A stretch of DNA of 63,860 bases, the filler included, from Reclinomonas americana ATCC 50394 (Eukaryota): assembly GCA_048213135.1 (NCBI GenBank). It is 7 parts of 3 records of this genome, joined end to end, with 100 filler letters (N's around TTAATTAATTAA, not from the genome) between each part and the next. Parts side by side here need not be neighbours in the genome. Positions count along the whole stretch, not along the records: positions 52,249 to 60,091 come from PS015087.1; positions 60,192 to 62,413 come from PS015087.1; positions 62,514 to 63,860 come from PS015111.1; 4 more parts are not named here. One strand, written 5' to 3'. The translations under genes were made by a program, and so were the position numbers. Under the pieces are notes generated by a model that was not told where the DNA came from, ran no database searches, and saw only the letters and a program-made list of their open reading frames with translations. This document shows, in pieces, positions 56,365 through 63,860 of this stretch (within the stretch, counting starts at the first letter, position 1; every line of letters begins with the position of its first letter).

Positions 56365-59300
56365 TCAACCATTGGTGGCTACGCTGCTCATGTCGTACGA
56401 CGACGGGTCGGAATCGTCGCCCGAGTGGTCGGCAGGCGCCAAGTGGTCGGCAGGCGCCGAACCCGTCACGATCAACCGTGGCGCCAGCGGAGGTGACTCG
56501 TTGAATGCCATCGGCAGCGGTGGGATGGCGAACGGCACCGGCGAAACATGATCCCCGGACAGCTCGCCGAGCAGTGGCGGCGGTGGCGGCGGCAGCGGGC
56601 TGGCAATCGCCGACGGCAAGAAGGCCGCAACGCTGGTGGGGACCGACAGCGGCGGTGGTGGTGGTGGCAGTNNNNNNNNNNNNNNNNNNNNGGTGGGGGC
56701 GCAGGTGGCGCGTTGTGAGGCACCGAGATTCGGCGCATCAGCGGTGGAATGGTGGTCACACTCCAGTCGCGCGGATCCGCCGTCTCCGGCAGCATCTCCG
56801 CCTTGTCGGCCTGCGATCCGTCCGGCAGCGTCACGGGCATGGATGGATTGATCAGGGCCTCGGTGCGTCGCTGCAACAGTGTCCACCGCGCGCGCTCCAT
56901 GGTGACGCCCGACAAGTCCGCCCTGCTCACATCCACATTGTCCATCACCGCTCCGCTCAGCTGCGCGCCGACCATCGAGCAGCTCTCCAGACTGGCGTCT
57001 CGCAGGATCGTGTCGACCAGGATGGCGCCGTCGAGATTGCTTCCCGTGAAGCGACACTTGTCGAGTGTGGAGCCGGTGAGATCAATGTCGCGCATGTTTT
57101 TGCCGCCCTGTGNNNNNNNNNNNNNNNNNNNNCGAGCCACGTGAGATGTCTGATCTAGGAGGCAGCGATATGGGGGGGAGTACACGGACCAAGTATACGC
57201 CGGAGAGCACCATGTTGCGGAAGCGAGCGCCGCGGGGGAGCGTGCTGGAGTTTTGGAAGTAGGCGGCCCAGTCGTGCTGCGTGGAGAGAAGAAAAGGGAG
57301 AGGGTGTGAGATTCACAGATGGGCTGATGAGTGATTTCAAAAAGAAGGAAAGAGTGCGAGATCAAACAGTGAGCGCCGGTGAGTGCACGGTGTAATTGAC
57401 GGAGAAGAATAGGGAACGAGATGAATGGAAGGAGTTGTTGGTGATCGCTGGTGAATGCCATCTCTCTGCATGTCCAGTGAAAACATGATCTGGAAGGATA
57501 GTGCACGAGATCGCGGTGTGTGCCCAGTGAAAATAAAGAGCAGAGCGCTGTCGGTGTGTAAGTGACGGAGAAGAATAGGGAACGAGATGACTGGAAGCGA
57601 CACAGAGAGTTGTTGGTGATCGCTGTTGCATGCTGTCTCTCTGTATGCCCAGTGAAAACATGATCTGCAAGGATAGTGCACCGTGAAGGGAAAAGAGCAA
57701 GAGAGTTGTTGGTGACAGCTGACTGAGTCATTGTGTGAGTGAAAAAGTAATCAAGAAGGACAGCGCACGAGAGATATCGGTGATCGTGGTGCGTGCCCAG
57801 AGAAAAGAAAAGAGCAAGAGAGTTGTTGGTGATAGCTGACTGATTGATTGCGTGAGTAAAAGTGTGACTACAGAAGAGAGTGCACGACAGCTGTCTGCGA
57901 AAGGAAAAGAGCCAAAGAGTGACAGCTGATGGATGCTTGCGCGAGTGCCCAGTGACAGCGTGGCCAAAAAGTAGAGTGCACGAGAGATGTCTGCGATCGT
58001 GGTGCGCGCCCAGAGAAGGGAAAAGATCCAAAGAGCTGCAGAAAACGTGACCAAAGAGGGGAATGCACGAGAGATGTCGGTGATCGCGGTGTGTGCCCTC
58101 TTCCCCCCTTCCCCAACGACAATCCTTCTCCCCCAGCACACCTGCGCGCCGGTGAAATCAGCACCACGAGCCTCCACTCGTGCCAGCGAGACATTCGTCA
58201 AGTTGGCCCCGCGTAGATCGCTCTCCGAGAGATCGGCGCCATCCAGCGATGCCACCCCTGCACGTCTCCCGGTGAGACAAGAACGACGTGAAACGATTGT
58301 GCGAGTCGACACGACACACCTGTAAAATCAACCTCGCGCAAATCGCAGCCGCACAGCTTGGTGCGTGCGAAATCGCGGCCTTCGAGCTTGGTACCGCGCG
58401 CAAGAATCTGATTCGACAAATCACAGCCGCGCCACGATCGCGGTGCTGATAGATCCATGCTTCCGAGCTCGGCGTTGACCAGGGTCACGTCGGCAAACAC
58501 CGTCTATCGAGGTGAGTGTGAGGGGAAGAAATGCATGGGCGCTGACTGCGTGACGCAACATCCTTGACATCGGCATTCAGCAGCTGCGTGTTGTCCAAGG
58601 ACGTTTCGTGCACTTCGGCGGCCGCCAGCGAGGCATCGCGGAACACGCTGCCGCGAAAGTGGCATTTGCGAATGGTGGCCTGCGCGAAAATGGCCTGTGT
58701 GAAATTGCAGTTGGAGAGACGGCAGTTCTCCAGCGTGGCCTGCAGTCGAGATGAGACGGGAGAGGGGCATCAATCACACACACACACACGAAGAGGGAGT
58801 TCGCAACTTGCGTGAGGTTGGCGCGCACAAAATTGACATCGCTGCTGTCGACATTGCGCATTTTGAGCGAGCTGAGATCCGAGTCGTTGAAGACGGACGA
58901 TGAGCTGTGCGCACAAGTGATATTAGGCACGTTGGGAAAACACACTCTTCCCCTCTGTGTATGCTGACGCAACATGTCGCACTCGACCATTTCGCCCACG
59001 CGGATCGACACGCGGCGGGCCGACACGTTGACCAGCTGGCAGCGGTGGAAGCGGAGACCGCCGGCGGTGAGAGCGCTCATCTCGGCGGAGCTCATGTCGC
59101 ACTCTTCGAAGAGGCATTGCTCGAGTTGCATGCGGTGGAGGGTCATGATGCGGCAGCGCGTGAAGTCGACCCCTAACATACGGAAAGGGATGTAAGGGAA
59201 AGAAAAAGGGAAGGGGTACAAGGGGAAGGGGGAAGGGGAAAGGGGAAAGGGGAAAGGGGAAGGGAAGGGGAGGGGAAGGGGAGGGAAGGGAGGGAGAGGG

Positions 59301-59790
59301 AGAGGGAGAGGGAAGAGGGAGAGGGAGAGGGAGAGGGAAGAGGGAGAGCTGCTGTACGGCCAAGGCGGATGTACGGNNNNNNNNNNNNNNNNNNNNAGGG
59401 GGAAGGGGTAAAAGGGAGAAGGGGTAAAAGGGGGAAGGAGAACAATGAGAAAGTAAAACTCCCTCATCTCTCCCTTTCGCGCATTACCTCGGAATGACAC
59501 ATCCGACATGGCCTTCGTGTCGAGCAAACATTCACGGAAGGCGATGTGCTCCAGCGAACCGGCCGCGCGAATGAGATCCTGTCGGCATTGTGCGTGAGCC
59601 AATGCGCATCAAGCAGAGTGACATCACAGACAACGTGCTGACCTGCAACTGGCATTCCGTCAACTGCGCGTCCTTCCATTTGATGCCCAGCAGCGTGGTG
59701 CCCGACAGATTGACGCCCGTCAGCTGGCAGCGCTCCACGGTCGAGTCCTCGAGTGTGGCATGTGATAGGTCGCATGATCGAAGTGTGCAT
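56365..59790 (-). CDS. Large pentapeptide-repeat protein (5' end probably across the linker, possibly the exon at 60192-60434)
   Basis: Many A(D/N)LXX-type repeats across more than 8 exons: CDLSHATLEDS, SDLSSLKMRNVDSSDVNFVRANLTQ, ASLDGADLSESDLRGANLTNVSLA, SNLDGAILVDTILRDASLESCSMVGAQLSGA; Pro-rich tail. Confidence 0.85.
57380..58100. repeat. Intronic degenerate repeats (gagttgttggtga..gctg; gcacgagagat.tc.g.gatcg)
   Basis: Multiple imperfect copies of two interleaved blocks. Confidence 0.65.
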
Positions 59791-60191
59791 CCTGTGGGGG
59801 AATGAGAGCAGGCACAGTACACAGTAAGACATGTGCTTCAACGAGATGGAGAACCCAACAGCGACTGCATCCAAGAAAGAAGAAAATGGGTGCATGCACG
59901 AATGCACAAGAGAGAGATAGAGATTACAACAGAGAGGAAGAGAGAACGACGCTGGGCCCACTGACGCATCGACGCAGGTGTCAACAGCAATAGCACCGCG
60001 AGAGATAGAGATAGAGAGAGAGAGAGAGACGAACGAGGTGACACTGTAGGTACAAGAGCGCGGCCAGCAAAGCAACCGAGAGGAAAGCAACNNNNNNNNN
60101 NNNNNNNNNNNNNNNNNNNNNNNNNNNNNNNNNNNTTAATTAATTAANNNNNNNNNNNNNNNNNNNNNNNNNNNNNNNNNNNNNNNNNNNN

Positions 60192-60434
60192 CGACTCTTG
60201 CGCCACTTGCTCCATCCACAAACGCGGTGGCTTCACATCCTCCTCCTCTCCTTCCTCTGAAGGAGGACGACGATGCACAGCGCGCACCACACGAAACACG
60301 TATTGTTCCTCGTCTGAGAGTCGCATCACTTGCTGCTCGAGAACAATCTGCTCATCGGAGGCAGGGGGAGGAGGAGCAGCAGAGGCCGAGCCACTGCCTT
60401 CTCCACCACCTTCAAGCATGTCCTCGAACCCCAT
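60192..60434 (-). CDS. Probable first exon of the downstream gene (MGFEDMLEGGG...)
   Basis: ATG-initiated open frame running into the linker gap, same strand as the pentapeptide gene; linkage is inferred. Confidence 0.4.
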
Positions 60435-60589
60435 TCAACCCTGCTCAATTCGCCTTGTGATGAGCAGTGATTGACCGTGTCCTGCATCATGATGGCCAAT
60501 CAAGCGTCGTGAGAGCTGCAGAGCTGCTGCTGTTGCGTGCCAGAGAAGTTGCGGCAACTGTAGGAAGATCACTCTCCAGCATAGCTCAT

Positions 60590-62241
60590 TCATTCAACGA
60601 GGAAGACTTCATAGTCCGCCACTTGGAAGTTTCGCGATCCCATCAGTGTCGTGTTGTCCAATGCTCCGCCGTCGGTGCTCTGGTACGAGACAGGGTTGCT
60701 GTAGCTGCCGCTGTTGCTGTTACAGTTGTCGCACAAATGAAGGGTGTTGCCAGCTCCGTATATTGGTCCGTATATAATGCCGTGAACAACGGCGTTCTGC
60801 TTGTGATCGCCCTTCAGTGCAAATCGTCGTGCACTGGCACCACTCCACGACGCCGAGAACAAGAAAGTGGTGCCGGATGGATCGGCTGCGGCAACAGATG
60901 AAGAAGGAGATGTCCACGCGACAGGCGTGTATCCGCCACACACTCGTCCCGTCGACGACTTGACCACAGTCAGCGTCGCTCTGCTTGCTCTCATCAATCA
61001 TCGTGTGCAACAAGTTCTCCCCCTTCCTCAATCACTCACCCACGATTGTCACATTTCTGATGGAAGGTGGCTGCCACAAACCCATCTCGACTGCCCTTGA
61101 ACAGCAACGTCAACTTGGGCACTCTCCCACCGCCTCGCGCCTGCTGCACCCATTGCAGCACCACTCGTCCATCCGCCGCACTCAGCAGGTCGCTGTTGAT
61201 CTTTCCATCCGCCCGCTCCCGCTCCTCTCGTTCCCTGGCCTCGCGCTCCCGCTCCTCTCGCTCCCTGGCTTGCCGCTCTCGCTCCTCCTGCTCTCTAGCC
61301 AGCCGCTCACGTTCAGCCGCTTCTCGTTCCTGGATCGCTCCTTCACGCTCTTCCAGCGGTTTGAGACGATCAAGCAGCTGCAGACGAATACGAGACATGA
61401 TTAGGATCGACGAACATAAATAACCCATCGGAATACACCGCAGACCTCAGCAACACCTCTCTCGAGAGATTCACGCATGCGACGCTCTGATCCAAGTTGC
61501 TCAGTGCACATAGCGAGCCGCTCATCTGTCGCTTGTCTCGCTTGTCTCTCATCAGCCAGCTGTTGTCGGCACTCGACCACACAATCCACGAGCTGCACAC
61601 GGTCAGCTTGTCTCGCTTGCTGCTCAGCGGCCAGCCGCTCATCTGTCACTTGTCTTGCCTCTCTCTCCTGTGCCACCATCTGAGACAGCTCTTGCACTCG
61701 GCCATGGAGCTGTACACACAAACACAAGTCACACCAGCTGCACGAATGGCTAGCAGCTGCCACTGTCCATCATTCCAACTCACCTCTCGCAGCGGTCGCT
61801 CCACACGCAGCACATCGCACACTCGCTCATGCTCCTCACGTTTGCCAATGATACCACGCCATTCGCACCCCAGTTCACCACCACGACACACTGTGTGCTG
61901 CAGTCGGCACTCCGTTTCTACCACAAGAGAACAAATCAGTGTCAAGACACATGCTCTCTCCTCTCAACGCACACTCACCAAGATGCCTCTGCATGTCCGC
62001 CAGCGAGCACTGCTGCTGACATCCACGCGGACACGCTCGCATGCACCCACTCCAGCTGTGCTCCACCATCTCGCTCAGCGCCATTCTTGCCCCACAACCG
62101 AGCGGACACTCGCGCAAGCATCCACTCCACTCATGCTCGGCCGTGCGATCCAGTGTCATCTGCTGTCCACATCTCTCGCATGCATACGGGCACTGCGTGA
62201 GGCCATGTGTGCGGTAATAATCGCCCACCGTCTGTTCATCC
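60590..62241 (-). CDS. TRAF-type zinc fingers + coiled coil + TLDc domain protein (5' end in gap)
   Basis: CPYACERC...HEWSGC, ECPLGC...HSWSGC, ACPRGC...HLGEC, RGGELGCEW...HERVC; QEREARQVTDERL coiled-coil repeats; TLDc LLFKGSRDGF...FHQKCDNRG|ATLTVVKS...CGGYTPVAW...FLFS...GPIYG...YEVFLVE*. Confidence 0.85.
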
Positions 62242-62336
62242 AGAGGGAGAGGACGACGAGAAGGAAGATGAGAGACTGAGAGGCGGCAAAGAGAACGAGG
62301 GAAGACACCTGGAATGAGAGGAGGACAAGACAGGCA

Positions 62337-62375
<39 letters not shown>

Positions 62376-62513
62376 CGAAGGTGACACAAGAAATGAGAGA
62401 CTGACACTGAGAANNNNNNNNNNNNNNNNNNNNNNNNNNNNNNNNNNNNNNNNNNNNTTAATTAATTAANNNNNNNNNNNNNNNNNNNNNNNNNNNNNNN
62501 NNNNNNNNNNNNN

Positions 62514-62716
62514 ACACAGTGGCGGAGAGACAGTGGCGGAGAGACAGTGGGGACAGACAGTGGGGAGAGACAGTGGGGGAGAGACAGGGGGAGAGACAGT
62601 GGGGAGAGACAGTGGGGAGAGACAATGGGGAGAGAGACAGTGGGGAGAGACAGTGGCGGAGAGACAGTGGGGAGAGACAGTGGGGAGAGACGCAGAGGGG
62701 GAGACACAGTGGGGGA
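62514..62716. repeat. Minisatellite (GAGAGACAGTGG(G/C)G)n at contig end
   Basis: About 14-bp unit repeated more than 10 times. Confidence 0.85.
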
Positions 62717-62839
62717 GGAGAGAGTGCACATGTTATTCATCATCCTGGCTTTCTCCCACTGTCTCTCCTCCCTTTCCCCCTTCCACCTCCTCTTCCCTTC
62801 CCCTTCCCCTCCCCTCCCTCTCCTTCCACCCCTCACACT

Positions 62840-63443
62840 CACCAACCAACTGCGCCACCGCATGAATGCGATCCACATCTGGACCCACCGCCAGCGAATC
62901 CCACAGCGTACGCGCATGCACCAACAGCGTGTTCACCGAGCCCGCCACCACACTCACGTGCTGACCGTGCTTCTTCTCCAACTCCACGACAGTCACGTGC
63001 GGACGTTGCGCCGGCTCCGCGTGCTCAGCCTCGCGCACTGCGCGCACCAGTGGATCCTCGTCGTCGGCCTCACGCGGCTGCGGTGGATGCTGGCGAAGCA
63101 AGTGGCGGAACAACTCCTCCACGTCCACTGCGCGGGGTGCTGCAGGCGGCGGCGGAGGAAGTGGTGCGTCCACATGCACCGGTTGAGGGTCAGCGCCCTG
63201 CTGCTTCTTCTCGCCGCCCGCATCTTCGTCCTCCTGTATCCTCCTTTCCGCTGCCACTTGAGGTTCCTCCCCTTGTTTTTCTTCTTCCTTTTCTGGTTGT
63301 TGTTCTTGCTCTTCCTCCTCCTCCACGACATGTTCCTCTCCCTTTTCCTTCTTCTTCTCTTCCTCCGCGTCGTCGCGCTTCTCGGCCGCCGCTTCGAGCT
63401 GTGCCTTGCAGGCGGCGAGTTGCTGGACGGTGTGCTGCAGCCT
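62840..63443 (-). CDS. Internal exon of an uncharacterised Glu-rich/coiled-coil protein
   Basis: Open frame LQHTVQQLAACKAQLEAAAEK...IHAVAQL flanked by an acceptor and a GT donor; may or may not belong to the TRAF-TLDc gene. Confidence 0.45.
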
Positions 63444-63860
63444 AAGAGATGGGAAAGGGGGAGTGGGAAAGCAGGAAAGGGAGGAGGGTGAGCAAAGGCG
63501 GAGGAGGAGGAGGACGTGGAGGAGGAGGAGGTGGACGAGGAGAGGAACGGATTGACGTGCTGTTTGAGGAGGACGAGGAGGAGGAAGGAAGGAGATGGCG
63601 GAGAAAGAGCGCAGAAGAATGAGCAAAGAAATTGATCACATTGCTGTTTGTGAATACATGAGAGAGCGAGAGGAGGAGGAGGTGCGGAGAAAGAGAGTGA
63701 AGGACGAATGCTGTCACAAGCCATGCATGCAAAAGAGAGAGAGAGAAAACGAAGAAGAAGAAGAAGGAGAAGAGAGATGTCAGGAAGAATGCATGCATCT
63801 CTCACGCATACATGCACAGCCGGAAGGAGTGTCTGTGTGTGTGCGAGTGAGAGAGAGAGA

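Overview
Gene-dense, GC-rich, intron-rich nuclear DNA from a eukaryote, most likely a flagellated, mitochondriate protist (inferred from NME7, MORN and TTC23-like ciliary-type genes and a mitochondrial carrier). It is a gappy draft: N runs, microsatellite-ended contigs, six artificial TTAATTAATTAA linkers, and at least two small contigs that look inverted. By manually joining GT-AG exons I reconstructed about 21 genes: a GT90 glycosyltransferase, an LRR-kinase, a dicarboxylate carrier, a syntaxin, NME7, two paralogous secreted acidic/basic proteins, a secreted nitrilase-family enzyme, CCDC137-like, adenosine kinase, a WD40 protein, SOSS-B, three tandem E2 enzymes, NEIL1, a degenerate kinesin fused to MORN repeats, a Cys/His-rich protein, a TPR protein, a pentapeptide-repeat protein and a TRAF-ZnF/TLDc protein. 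The most striking locus is a minus-strand gene at about 44.8-53.0 kb. It appears to join a Pro-rich region, a putative DNA-binding domain and NLS, a phage-tailspike-type self-cleaving chaperone domain (Peptidase_G2-like, S-D-F-A-E), a coiled coil, an NB-ARC/STAND NTPase and TPRs. That would be a candidate self-cleaving transcription factor fused to an NLR-like sensor. Also notable are a recurrent atypical 5' splice site (non-G|GTTGCG) and a 323-bp intergenic tandem array. All domain calls are by eye from remembered motifs; no database searches were run.
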